Of a DNA stretch of 64,000 bases, positions 1-9,609 are shown piece by piece. Positions within the stretch are counted from its first letter, which is position 1, and each line of letters starts with the position of its first letter. This stretch comes from Escherichia coli (GTDB lineage Bacteria > Pseudomonadota > Gammaproteobacteria > Enterobacterales > Enterobacteriaceae): the NCBI RefSeq assembly GCF_003018235.1, contig NZ_CP027437.1; one strand, written 5' to 3'. A program made the position numbers and the translations under genes. The notes beneath the pieces were generated by a model that had not been told where the DNA came from, did no database searches, and saw only the letters and a list, made by a program, of their open reading frames with translations.

Positions 1-455
1 GCTGTTCAGAACGCATAAAGTAATCTTCCAGGCAGGCCGCCAGAGTATCACCTTCCAGACCCACCACGCCCTGATAGCGTTCACCTTCGCTCGGGGTGAT
101 GGTGATCACCACGTAACCATTGCCGACCAGCGTTTTCAGGTCGGCATTTTCTGGAATTTCTCCCTGCACGCGCGCTACACCGCGCATCTGCTGGTTGTTG
201 TTACCGTTAATAACCGCCAGATTCATCGGACCGTCGCCTTGCAGCTGTACGGTGATATCACCATCAAACTTCAGCGTAGCGGTTAACAGGCTGGTCGCAA
301 CCAGCAGTTCTGCCAGCACGTTTTTAACGGGCTGCGGATAATCGTGATTCTCAAGGATCTGTTGCAGGGTTTCCGAAACGGTTACCAGTTCGCCGCGCAC
401 GGCAAAGTTTTCAAACAGATAGCGATGTAATTGGTCATGTTGCGGCATAATCATC
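1..455 (-). CDS. hslO: Hsp33 redox-regulated chaperone, N-terminal part (gene runs off the window start)
   Basis: Reverse-strand frame reads [26 protein letters not shown]...[19 protein letters not shown] with no stop before position 1; lies directly downstream of hslR as in the hslR-hslO operon. Start may be the second Met at 448. Confidence 0.88.
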
Positions 456-472
456 TCTCTTGCAGGTGACAG

Positions 473-874
473 TTATTCACTGTCGCCGTGTTTAAATCGT
501 AACAGGTCGCGGCGCTCTTTTTTGTCCGGGCGTCGGTCCGGGTGCGGCATGGTTAAGGCATTAAGTTTACGTGCCAGCGCCATTTTTTCGCGTTTCTCTA
601 CACTTTCCGCAGTCTCTTCATACAGCAAGGCTGCCTCGCTGGCGGGGCGACGCTGTTCAGTAATCGCCTTTACAATCACCGTGCGTTCGTCATTTCCCTG
701 GCGCAGAGTGAGCGTGGCATTCAGCTCGACGATTTTGCTCGGCTTGCTGCGCTGCCCGTTGTAATGCACCTTACCGCCTTCAATCATTTCACGGGCCAGC
801 GCGCGGGTTTTATAAAAACGGGCAGCCCATAGCCATTTATCCAGTCGAACCTCAACAGCAGGTTTTTCTTTCAT
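473..874 (-). CDS. hslR: Heat shock protein Hsp15, ribosome-associated RNA-binding protein
   Basis: ORF track 133 aa (MKEKPAVEVRLDKWLWAARFYKTRALAREMIEGGKVHYNG...) matches recalled HslR; position upstream of hslO. Confidence 0.93.
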   Translation of the reverse strand: MKEKPAVEVRLDKWLWAARFYKTRALAREMIEGGKVHYNGQRSKPSKIVELNATLTLRQGNDERTVIVKAITEQRRPASEAALLYEETAESVEKREKMALARKLNALTMPHPDRRPDKKERRDLLRFKHGDSE

Positions 875-884
875 GGCATCTCCT

Positions 885-1553
885 TCACATTAGCGAGGGG
901 ATCAGGCGGCGGTAGTCATTCAGTGACGGATGGCGTTGATACTGTTTCTCGGCAATCCCGGAGTCAGGATTAGTCACGCCGAGGCAGTAACGAATACCAA
1001 ATTGCGCGGCAGCATCGAGAATCGCTTCGCTGTCATCAATAAACAGCGTTCTTTCAGCTTTCAGTCCCGTAGCTTCGGCCACCGCATGCCATAACCGCTG
1101 ATCCTCTTTCGGATAACCAAATGTGTGGGTGGAAAGTAATAAATCAAGGTGTGCGTCCAGACCGGTATGCTCAAGTTTTACCGCCAGGTTGTGCGGATGA
1201 GCATTGGTGAGCAAAATTCGCTGCTTACCGCTGGCTTTCAGTGCCTCAAGAAACGGAATGGTATCTTCACGCAGTACGGCACGCGGTCCCATCTCGGTGG
1301 TCATCGCACAGATATCCAGACCCAGTTGCTCACTCCAGTAATCAAGACAGTACCAGTTTAGCGTATGCTGTACGTCGTGATATTGCTGGCGCATATATTC
1401 CATCGCTTCCTGTGGCGTAACCCCGTTTTTCGCGCCCCATGTTTCAGGCACCAGCTTTTGCCAGAAATAGTTATCGAAGGCGAGGTCGAGCAACGTGCCG
1501 TCCATATCCAGCAGAACGGTATCTACGTCCTGCCAGGCAATGTTGATATGCAT
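885..1553 (-). CDS. yrfG: HAD-family purine nucleotidase YrfG
   Basis: ORF track frame 885..1598; HAD motif DMDGTLLD near N-terminus; likely start MHINIAWQDVDTVLLDMDGTLLD gives 222 aa as in K-12. Confidence 0.85.
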   Translation of the reverse strand: MHINIAWQDVDTVLLDMDGTLLDLAFDNYFWQKLVPETWGAKNGVTPQEAMEYMRQQYHDVQHTLNWYCLDYWSEQLGLDICAMTTEMGPRAVLREDTIPFLEALKASGKQRILLTNAHPHNLAVKLEHTGLDAHLDLLLSTHTFGYPKEDQRLWHAVAEATGLKAERTLFIDDSEAILDAAAQFGIRYCLGVTNPDSGIAEKQYQRHPSLNDYRRLIPSLM

Positions 1554-1617
1554 GAGGGAAATCTCCAGAGTGAAGCAATTTGCGCGACAGGGTAGCATAA
1601 CCTGCCGCGCAAACGTG

Positions 1618-3753
1618 TTATTCGATAAGGCTTTCTGAAGGGGTGATCAGTTGCGGGTTCAGGCAGCTTTCATAATAGGCCTGAATCTTCATCATGCGAG
1701 TACGATGACGCTGGTAACGACGCCAGGCCTGTACGCCATTATAAATGGCGCTACCCAGCATCGTCAGTAGCAGCAGCGTGGTGCTGAGATAGCGCCACAG
1801 GCCGGAACGATCCGGGATCGGATGAAGGCCAATATGCTGCGTACCATTGGCGTCAGTGAAGATTTTTGTGACGATACCTTCGGCGTTAAACGGCGTATGC
1901 ATCAGCATTTGTGCCAGTTTCTGGAAAGCGTTCCACTGTTCTTGCGGCGGATAGTCGTAAAGTGATGCCGAAGGCCAGGGCTGATCAACAAAATCGCTGC
2001 CTTCGTCGCTGACAATCAGGAACCCGCCGGGGGCCGGACTGTTTAGTGATTGTGCCGCTCGCGCCGTTTCATGCGTGATAAACGGCGCGGTAGAGGTGGC
2101 CACCAGGTTATCCAGCGATTCCGCACTCACCGGGCGTAATAACACATTCACGCCATCGAGTTTCCCGGCGTTGGCGCGTTTTACCAGCGCGTCCCAGTCT
2201 TTACTGTTACCGAGATTGACCAGCGCATTTTTCAGTCGCACACAGTCATCTTTGGCAGAACACAGATCCGCTGTCTTCAGTACTATGTCGCCAAAATCAT
2301 CAAGCAATACCATGCCGGATTTTTGAATTGCTGAACGTAATGAGGCGCTGACGCGAGATTCATCTTCCGGTTTAGGGTGCAGCTGGCGATTAACTGCTTC
2401 GGTCAATGCCGTCGCTTTGTTGACCAATTCAGATTCTGGTAATGGCAATGAGCGGGCGTCATTCCAGATGATCTGCGAGCAGTCAAACGGTAAAAAAGGT
2501 GAGTTGGTTTTCGCGCTCCAGGTACCGGAAGTGCGAATATTACACATTCCCGTACCGCTAATACGCAATGTATCGCCAACCCGCACGCCAGCGTCAGCCA
2601 GTTGTTTCACGCTGGTGGCTTCAATGGTCTGCGCGCCTTTCATCCACGAGAGGGTGAATTTCAGCGGCATATCCAGCGGGATCCAGAATAACAGCATAAA
2701 CAGCACCAGTAGCGAGCCCGCAGCGATAATCGTACTGCGCAGCCAGTGCTGTAACGGAAAGTTTTTTACTTCATCATGGAGCGAAAGATATCGCCCCTGA
2801 CGCACTACGTGGCGGTCGAGATAGATATCGATATCGGTTTGTTGACCGAGATCCTGAGCAATGTATGGCTGCCAGTGTGCGGGGTAGACCAGGTCGATAA
2901 TACCGAGTGAAATATTGTTGATCTGTTCCTGATCGTTTTCGCCAAACAATCCCCAACGACGGGGTGTACCGCGCAGACAATGAATTTCCCGCAGGGAGGA
3001 TTTTGCCGGGGGCGCGAATAGCCCCCACAGACCTGCGCCCAGCAGCAGTAACGCGCCGCCTGCCAGCCACGGAACAAATACATCCGGGGTAATCAGGCAG
3101 AAAAAGAACATCAGGAAAGAGGCGACGATCAGCAACGCTTCACGCAGCCCGCGCGGACGACTCAGCGCATATTCTTCGTGCGTTTCTTTGCGAATATTGA
3201 GTAGCTCGATTTGCTCACTCTCTTCCCCGCGAATCGACGCCTGTGTTGACGGAACAGGTTGCAAGGCATAGCCGCGCGTTTCCTGCATGTACTCCTGCAG
3301 CGTATGACCGTTGAGTGAAATAACCAGCGGCAGCGAATCGGTATGAATCAGTTCAACGGTATTCTCATCGTTGATGTACTGCTCCCAGAAAGGGGGCAGG
3401 TGAACTTCTACCGAATCGAGGTAGTAACGCCATTTATTCGGATCGTCGGTAGAGATGCCGTAACGCGTGATAGCGTGTGTTAGCATCATGACGTTGTTGC
3501 TTTCGGCATTCAGCGCCAGAGAGATCGGTGCCGCGCTGGCTCCCGTTGGGCCAGGCACCTGTAATACCTGCGTCAGGCTCTCAAGATAATTTTCAACGGC
3601 GCTACGTTCTTCAGGTGTGAGTTTACGCGTTTGCGCATCCGCGAAGGCGTTGGTCCAGGGCAGCTGACGCCGTCTGGATCGCACTTTTATCAGCCATCCC
3701 GCAAGTAGTGAGCAGGCCAGCAAAGCAGCTAAAAAAATCACAATGGTGCTCAT
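1618..3753 (-). CDS. igaA: Inner-membrane Rcs phosphorelay attenuator IgaA (YrfF)
   Basis: 711-aa ORF with N-terminal TM segment MSTIVIFLAALLACSLLAGWLIKV; length and position between yrfG and nudE match igaA. Confidence 0.9.
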   Translation of the reverse strand: MSTIVIFLAALLACSLLAGWLIKVRSRRRQLPWTNAFADAQTRKLTPEERSAVENYLESLTQVLQVPGPTGASAAPISLALNAESNNVMMLTHAITRYGISTDDPNKWRYYLDSVEVHLPPFWEQYINDENTVELIHTDSLPLVISLNGHTLQEYMQETRGYALQPVPSTQASIRGEESEQIELLNIRKETHEEYALSRPRGLREALLIVASFLMFFFCLITPDVFVPWLAGGALLLLGAGLWGLFAPPAKSSLREIHCLRGTPRRWGLFGENDQEQINNISLGIIDLVYPAHWQPYIAQDLGQQTDIDIYLDRHVVRQGRYLSLHDEVKNFPLQHWLRSTIIAAGSLLVLFMLLFWIPLDMPLKFTLSWMKGAQTIEATSVKQLADAGVRVGDTLRISGTGMCNIRTSGTWSAKTNSPFLPFDCSQIIWNDARSLPLPESELVNKATALTEAVNRQLHPKPEDESRVSASLRSAIQKSGMVLLDDFGDIVLKTADLCSAKDDCVRLKNALVNLGNSKDWDALVKRANAGKLDGVNVLLRPVSAESLDNLVATSTAPFITHETARAAQSLNSPAPGGFLIVSDEGSDFVDQPWPSASLYDYPPQEQWNAFQKLAQMLMHTPFNAEGIVTKIFTDANGTQHIGLHPIPDRSGLWRYLSTTLLLLTMLGSAIYNGVQAWRRYQRHRTRMMKIQAYYESCLNPQLITPSESLIE

Positions 3754-4072
3754 GCTTTCCCCATCTTACTTAGTCTGTCAGGCGTGGTCAGTCGCACCGG
3801 ACACAAAACATGATTCTGCGGTTGGCTATCGGCAAGCGTGGAGTTTAACTTGAGCATCATTAAGCACATCACAGTAACCGCTGATCATAGCAAACCCTCT
3901 GAAGGCGGAATATCAGCAAATTCCTGGAGTTATTTCAACCTATTGACTTTTAATTTGATTTGAGGACGATTATTTATTAAGTTACATAAATGTAAATAAC
4001 ATGCAATTCACATTGCCGAAAGCGTGTCCGATATCGCACAATAACCGCTGATTTCACAGCATAGATCCCACG

Positions 4073-4633
4073 ATGAGCAAATCATTACAAAAACCCACCA
4101 TTCTGAATGTTGAAACTGTAGCCCGTTCCCGACTGTTTACCGTCGAAAGCGTGGATCTGGAGTTCAGCAATGGCGTGCGGCGTGTTTATGAACGAATGCG
4201 TCCAACCAACCGGGAAGCAGTGATGATTGTGCCGATTGTGGACGATCACCTGATCCTGATCCGCGAATACGCAGTGGGAACTGAATCCTACGAATTAGGT
4301 TTTTCGAAAGGATTAATTGATCCGGGTGAAAGCGTCTTCGAAGCCGCGAACCGCGAGCTAAAAGAAGAGGTGGGATTTGGTGCGAACGATCTGACTTTTT
4401 TGAAGAAGCTCAGTATGGCACCGTCTTACTTTTCCAGCAAAATGAATATCGTGGTAGCGCAAGATCTCTACCCGGAATCGCTGGAAGGCGATGAGCCAGA
4501 GCCGCTACCACAGGTGCGCTGGCCGCTGGCGCATATGATGGATTTGCTGGAAGACCCTGACTTCAACGAAGCGCGTAATGTCAGCGCGCTGTTCCTCGTG
4601 CGCGAATGGTTGAAAGGGCAGGGGCGAGTGTAA
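4073..4633 (+). CDS. nudE: ADP-sugar diphosphatase NudE (Nudix hydrolase)
   Basis: 186-aa ORF with Nudix box-like GLIDPGESVFEAANRELKEEVGF; divergent from igaA as in E. coli. Confidence 0.92.
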   Translation: MSKSLQKPTILNVETVARSRLFTVESVDLEFSNGVRRVYERMRPTNREAVMIVPIVDDHLILIREYAVGTESYELGFSKGLIDPGESVFEAANRELKEEVGFGANDLTFLKKLSMAPSYFSSKMNIVVAQDLYPESLEGDEPEPLPQVRWPLAHMMDLLEDPDFNEARNVSALFLVREWLKGQGRV

Positions 4634-4645
4634 ATGCGTGAAGTT

Positions 4646-4676
4646 TGCCTGATGCATAATGCTTATCAGGCCTGTG
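4646..4676. repeat. Degenerate REP-like palindromic element in the nudE–mrcA intergenic region
   Basis: gcctgatgcataatgcttatcaggcctg has the GCCTGATG...TATCAGGC imperfect palindrome typical of REP units. Confidence 0.35.
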
Positions 4677-4774
4677 TGGCTCCTGCAATATATTGATTTT
4701 TCTAGATGTTTCTAGACGGGTAAAGTGTTCACGCCGTATCCGGTATAAACAAAGTGCACTTTGTCAGCAAACTT

Positions 4775-4798
4775 AAAAAGGCGCTGAAGCGCCTTTTT
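4775..4798. terminator. Bidirectional rho-independent terminator between convergent nudE and mrcA
   Basis: aaaaaggcgc-tgaa-gcgccttttt: GC stem flanked by A-run and T-run, immediately 3-prime of the mrcA stop (4801). Confidence 0.7.
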
Positions 4799-4800
4799 AA

Positions 4801-7353
4801 TCAGAACAATTCCTGTGCCTCGCCATTATCGATAATGGTCGTTCCCACCTCGTGCACCGCCTGTTGTGTCGGCTGCGTACCTTCGATGAAATACTCTTCG
4901 CGGCTGTTGCCACCATTAGCTAACTGCCCGGTGCTGCGATCGATATTCACCGTCACAATACCCGGCGGCGGCGTCAGCGGCTGCTCCGGCACACCTTCAA
5001 GAACGGCTTTCATATAAGCGTCCCATGCAGGCTGGGCACTCTTGGCACCGCCTTCGTAACCTGAGATCTGATCTTTAATCGCTCCGGAAGCCGTTGTATG
5101 ACCGAGATTACGACGGTGATCATCAAAGCCAATCCAGACCGAGGTCACAACGCCCGGACCGTAACCCGAAAACCACGCATCTTTCGAACTGTTAGTGGTA
5201 CCGGTTTTCCCGCCGATATCGCGACGCTGCAAATCACGACCTGCACGCCAGCCGGTACCCTGCCAGCCTGGCTCACCAAAGATATTGGTGTTCAAAGCAC
5301 TCTTAATCAGGAATGCCAGCGGAGTGTTGATGACGTGCGGTGCGTACTCCTGCGCGCCAGTCTTCGCCACTAACGCCTGATTTGCCTGCTCCAGCTGCGG
5401 CATTGGCACAGAAACATTCTGCTGCTCGCGGGAGATAGCGACATCTTCAACATCGTTATTTTCCAGCACGTTCGATTTCTGCGTATCACCGTAAATTACC
5501 GGAATATCGCATTCCGGGCAGGCTACTTTCGGTTTCGCTTCGAAAATCACGCCGCCCTGATCGTTTTCAATTTTGCTGATAAACCACGGGTCCACCAGGA
5601 AGCCGCCGTTCGCCATGACCGCGTAGCCGCGCGCCACCTGCATTGGGGTGAATGACGCTGAACCCAGCGCCAGCGATTCGGTGTGGACAATGTTTTGCGC
5701 CGGGAAGCCGAAGCGTTGCAGATATTCTGCAGCGTAGTCGACGCCCATCGCCCGCATTGCGCGTACCATCACCACGTTTTTCGACTGGCCCAGTCCCTGA
5801 CGTAAGCGAATTGGACCGGCATACTGCGGTGGTGAGTTCTTCGGCTGCCAGTCAGAACCGGCACCTGCATCCCAGCGGGAAATTGGCACATCGTTCAACA
5901 TACTTGCCAGCGTCAGACCTTTATCCATCGCCGCGGTGTAGAGGAACGGTTTGATGTTGGAACCTACCTGACGCAGTGCCTGGGTGGCGCGGTTAAACTT
6001 GCTCTGATTGAAATCAAAGCCACCGACCAGCGCCATAACGGCACCGTTTTGCGGATTGATCGACACCAGCGCCGAGTTCACTTCCGGCACTTGCGCCAGC
6101 CACCATGCATCGCCAACCTGACGAACCCAGATTTGCTGACCCGTTTGCAGAACATCGGTCACTTTACGCGGCGTCGGTCCCTGCTGAGTATCCGAACGGT
6201 AAGGACGCGCCCAGCGAACGCCTTCCATACTCAATGCGACGGTCGACCCGTCCGCCAGCATCGCCGTCGCTTCCTGAGGATTGGCGCTGGTGACTGCGGC
6301 AGGCAGCAGCGGACCATAGGTCGGCAGCGCCTTCAGCGTATCGGTAATCTTGTTGTTATCCCACGCCGATTCGCCCACCTTCCACAGCACATTTGCCGGG
6401 CCGCGATAGCCGTGGCGCATGTCGTAGTCCAGCACGTTATTACGTACTGCCTGCTGTGCGGCCTGCTGTACTTTGCGGGTGATGGTGGTGTAAATGCGAT
6501 AACCGTCTTCATAGGCACTTTCGCCATAACGGTTATACATCTCCTGGCGCACCATTTCGCTCAGGTACGGCGCAGAGAAAGCAATCTCCGGCGCGTGATA
6601 GTTAGCGTTAATCGCCTCAGTGCGTGTCTGATCGAACTGTTGTTGGGTGATATACCCTTCATCCAGCATCCGCGACAGCACGACGTTACGCCGCGCGACG
6701 GCACGATCCATCGAGTAGAGCGGGTTGAAGGTGGAAGGCGCTTTCGGCAGCCCGGCTATCACCGCCATTTCGTTCAGCGTCAGTTGGTCGACCGTTTTTC
6801 CGAAATAGACTTGTGCCGCAGCACCGACACCATAGGCGCGGTAACCGAGGTAAATCTTGTTCAGATAAAGCTCGAGGATCTCGTCTTTCGTCAGCAACTG
6901 TTCAATGCGAATCGCGAGGAAGACTTCCTTAATCTTACGCATCAGCGTGCGTTCTGGACTGAGGAAGAAGTTTCTCGCCAGCTGCTGGGTAATGGTACTC
7001 GCCCCTTGTGACGCGTGGCCGGAGAACAGCGCCACACTTGCCGCACGGAAGATCCCCACCGGGTCAACGCCGTGATGCTCGTAGAAGCGGCTGTCTTCCG
7101 TCGCGATAAAGGCTTTCACCATCTCCGGCGGGATTTGATCCAACGTAACCGGAATACGACGTTTCTCACCGTATTGAGCAATCAGCTCGCCATCGGCGCT
7201 GTAAATCTGCATCGGAATTTGCAGGCGAACATCTTTTAATGTCGCCACATCCGGCAGTTGTGGCTCGATGTAGCGGTATAGGCCATAAATCGAGCCTGCT
7301 CCCAGCAGAATGCAACAGACTGCAAGGATCAAAAAATACTTTACGAACTTCAC
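4801..7353 (-). CDS. mrcA: Penicillin-binding protein 1A (bifunctional transglycosylase/transpeptidase)
   Basis: ORF track 4801..7377 (858 aa); body matches recalled PBP1a. Annotated protein begins MKFVKYFLILAVCC, which is the GTG at 7353 (850 aa); the ATG at 7377 is an alternative. Confidence 0.93.
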   Translation of the reverse strand: MKFVKYFLILAVCCILLGAGSIYGLYRYIEPQLPDVATLKDVRLQIPMQIYSADGELIAQYGEKRRIPVTLDQIPPEMVKAFIATEDSRFYEHHGVDPVGIFRAASVALFSGHASQGASTITQQLARNFFLSPERTLMRKIKEVFLAIRIEQLLTKDEILELYLNKIYLGYRAYGVGAAAQVYFGKTVDQLTLNEMAVIAGLPKAPSTFNPLYSMDRAVARRNVVLSRMLDEGYITQQQFDQTRTEAINANYHAPEIAFSAPYLSEMVRQEMYNRYGESAYEDGYRIYTTITRKVQQAAQQAVRNNVLDYDMRHGYRGPANVLWKVGESAWDNNKITDTLKALPTYGPLLPAAVTSANPQEATAMLADGSTVALSMEGVRWARPYRSDTQQGPTPRKVTDVLQTGQQIWVRQVGDAWWLAQVPEVNSALVSINPQNGAVMALVGGFDFNQSKFNRATQALRQVGSNIKPFLYTAAMDKGLTLASMLNDVPISRWDAGAGSDWQPKNSPPQYAGPIRLRQGLGQSKNVVMVRAMRAMGVDYAAEYLQRFGFPAQNIVHTESLALGSASFTPMQVARGYAVMANGGFLVDPWFISKIENDQGGVIFEAKPKVACPECDIPVIYGDTQKSNVLENNDVEDVAISREQQNVSVPMPQLEQANQALVAKTGAQEYAPHVINTPLAFLIKSALNTNIFGEPGWQGTGWRAGRDLQRRDIGGKTGTTNSSKDAWFSGYGPGVVTSVWIGFDDHRRNLGHTTASGAIKDQISGYEGGAKSAQPAWDAYMKAVLEGVPEQPLTPPPGIVTVNIDRSTGQLANGGNSREEYFIEGTQPTQQAVHEVGTTIIDNGEAQELF

Positions 7354-7472
7354 TGGAAATTTCCCATTTAGTTTCATTTGGGCAGTTTATAAACAAACGC
7401 GCGGTAGTATAAAGGCAAGCCAGACGCATTGATATACCCGTCAGAGTGACGGGTGATAAGGAGATCATCACA

Positions 7473-8252
7473 ATGGCATTTAAGATCTGGCAAATTGGTT
7501 TGCATTTACAACAGCAAGAAGCGGTAGCGGTTGCGATCGTGCGGGGCACAAAAGAATGCTTTTTGCAACGCTGGTGGCGGTTGCCGCTGGAGAACGACAT
7601 TATCAAAGATGGGCGGATTGTTGATGCGCAGCGGCTGGCTAAAACGTTGTTACCGTGGAGTCGCGAACTGCCGCAGCGTCATCACATTATGTTGGCGTTT
7701 CCCGCCAGTCGCACATTACAGCGGTCATTTCCACGCCCGTCGATGTCCCTTGGTGAGCGGGAGCAAACGGCCTGGCTGTCCGGGACGATAGCCCGCGAGC
7801 TGGATATGGAGCCGGACTCCCTGCGCTTCGATTACAGCGAAGACTCACTCAGTCCCGCCTATAACGTGACTGCCGCGCAAAGCAAAGAGTTGGCAACGCT
7901 GCTTACTCTGGCAGAAAGGTTGCGTGTTCATGTTAGCGCGATCACCCCGGATGCCAGTGCATTACAGCGATTCCTGCCTTTTTTACCTTCTCATCAGCAA
8001 TGTCTGGCCTGGCGTGATAACGAACAGTGGCTGTGGGCGACGCGCTATAGCTGGGGGCGCAAACTGGCGGTGGGGATGACTAGCGCGAAGGAGCTGGCGG
8101 CAGCGTTATGTGTTGATCCCGAAAGCGTCGCGATATGTGGCGAAGGCGGATTTGACCCCTGGGAGGCGGTTTCTGTTCGTCAGCCGCCGCTACCGCCGCC
8201 AGGTGGAGACTTTGCCATCGCGCTGGGGCTGGCGCTTGGGAAGGTGTACTGA
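7473..8252 (+). CDS. hofM: DNA-uptake/pilus assembly protein HofM (PilM-like)
   Basis: ORF frame 7446..8252; likely start MAFKIWQIGLHLQQ gives 259 aa; first gene of hofMNOPQ, divergent from mrcA. Confidence 0.85.
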   Translation: MAFKIWQIGLHLQQQEAVAVAIVRGTKECFLQRWWRLPLENDIIKDGRIVDAQRLAKTLLPWSRELPQRHHIMLAFPASRTLQRSFPRPSMSLGEREQTAWLSGTIARELDMEPDSLRFDYSEDSLSPAYNVTAAQSKELATLLTLAERLRVHVSAITPDASALQRFLPFLPSHQQCLAWRDNEQWLWATRYSWGRKLAVGMTSAKELAAALCVDPESVAICGEGGFDPWEAVSVRQPPLPPPGGDFAIALGLALGKVY

Positions 8253-8791
8253 TGAACCCGCCAATTAATTTTTTGCCCTGGCGACAGCAACGCCGGACCG
8301 CTTTTCTTCGTTTCTGGTTGCTGATGTTCGTTGCGCCTCTGCTGCTGGCCGTCGGGATAACGCTAATACTGCGTCTGACAAGCAGCGCCGAAGCTCGCGT
8401 AGACGCCGTTTTGCTTCAGGCGGAACAACAACTCGCCCGCAGCTTACAGATAACGAAACCACGTTTGCTGGAACGCCAGCAGTTACGCGAACAGCGTTTG
8501 CAAAGGCAGCGCCAGCGACAATTTACCCGTGACTGGCAATCTGCGCTGGAAGCACTGGCGGCGCTTTTACCCGAACATGCCTGGCTGACAACGATAAGCT
8601 GGCAGCAGGGAACGCTGGAGATCAAGGGGCTTACAACAAGCATTACCGCGTTAAACGCACTAGAAACGTCACTCCGCCAGGATGCTTCTTTTCATCTCAA
8701 TCAGCGGGGGGCCACGCAGCAGGATGCGCAGGGACGCTGGCAATTTGAGTATCAGTTAACAAGGAAGGTTAGCGATGAACATGTTCTTTGA
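8252..8791 (+). CDS. hofN: DNA-uptake protein HofN (PilN-like)
   Basis: 179-aa ORF with single N-terminal TM helix; start overlaps hofM stop (ATGA). Confidence 0.85.
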   Translation: MNPPINFLPWRQQRRTAFLRFWLLMFVAPLLLAVGITLILRLTSSAEARVDAVLLQAEQQLARSLQITKPRLLERQQLREQRLQRQRQRQFTRDWQSALEALAALLPEHAWLTTISWQQGTLEIKGLTTSITALNALETSLRQDASFHLNQRGATQQDAQGRWQFEYQLTRKVSDEHVL

Positions 8792-9215
8792 CTGGTGGTT
8801 CTCCACATCACCCCGCCTCCGCCAGCTTTGCTGGGCAGTCTGGTTGCTGGTGTTAGTTACGCTCATTTTTCTGTCATCGACACACCAGGAAGAGCGCGAC
8901 GCATTAATTCGACTACGGGCGAGTCATCACCAGCAGTGGGCTGCACTGTATCGCCTGGTAGACGCCACTCCCTTCAGCGAGGAAAAAACGCAGCCCTTTT
9001 CGCCACTGGATTTTCAGTTGCCCGGCGCGCAACTGGTTTCCTGGCATCCATCCGCGCAGGGAGGTGAGTTGGCGTTGAAAACGCGGTGGGAAGCAGTGCC
9101 GTCGGCATTTACACGGCTGGCAGAGCGCAACGTCAGCGTGAGCCGTTTTTCGTTAAGCGTGGAAGGTGATGACCTTTTGTTCACGCTACAACTGGAGACG
9201 CCGCATGAGGGTTAA
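8775..9215 (+). CDS. hofO: DNA-uptake protein HofO (PilO-like)
   Basis: 146-aa ORF, N-terminal TM helix, overlaps hofN 3-prime end. Confidence 0.83.
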   Translation: MNMFFDWWFSTSPRLRQLCWAVWLLVLVTLIFLSSTHQEERDALIRLRASHHQQWAALYRLVDATPFSEEKTQPFSPLDFQLPGAQLVSWHPSAQGGELALKTRWEAVPSAFTRLAERNVSVSRFSLSVEGDDLLFTLQLETPHEG

Positions 9216-9609
9216 ACGCTGGTTGTTGGCAGGTATTGCATTGTGCCTTTTAACCGGTATGCGTGACCCTTTTAAACCGCCGGAAGATCTATGCCGGATT
9301 AGCGAACTTAGCCAGTGGCGCTATCAGGGGATAGTAGGGCGAGGCGAGCGCATCATCGGTGTAATAAAAGACGGGCAAAAGAAATGGCGACGGGTGCAGC
9401 AAAACGATGTGCTGGAAAACGGTTGGACAATTTTACAGCTGACGCCAGACGCACTAACGCTGGGAACCGGAACAAACTGCGAACCGCCACACTGGTTGTG
9501 GCAACGGCAAGGAGATACAAATGAAGCAATGGATAGCCGCACTACTGTTGATGCTGATACCCGGCGTACAGGCGGCAAAGCCGCAAAAAGTGACGCTGAT
9601 GGTGGATGA
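9205..9609 (+). CDS. hofP: DNA-uptake lipoprotein HofP (PilP-like)
   Basis: ORF frame 9166..9609; likely start MRVKRWLLAGIALCLLTGMRDPF (lipobox-like LLTG) gives 134 aa. Confidence 0.8.
   Translation: MRVKRWLLAGIALCLLTGMRDPFKPPEDLCRISELSQWRYQGIVGRGERIIGVIKDGQKKWRRVQQNDVLENGWTILQLTPDALTLGTGTNCEPPHWLWQRQGDTNEAMDSRTTVDADTRRTGGKAAKSDADGG

Noticed and set aside
6049-7011. 320-aa plus-strand ORF inside mrcA
   Set aside because: Antisense to a confidently identified gene; Arg-rich composition typical of a spurious GC-rich reverse frame.
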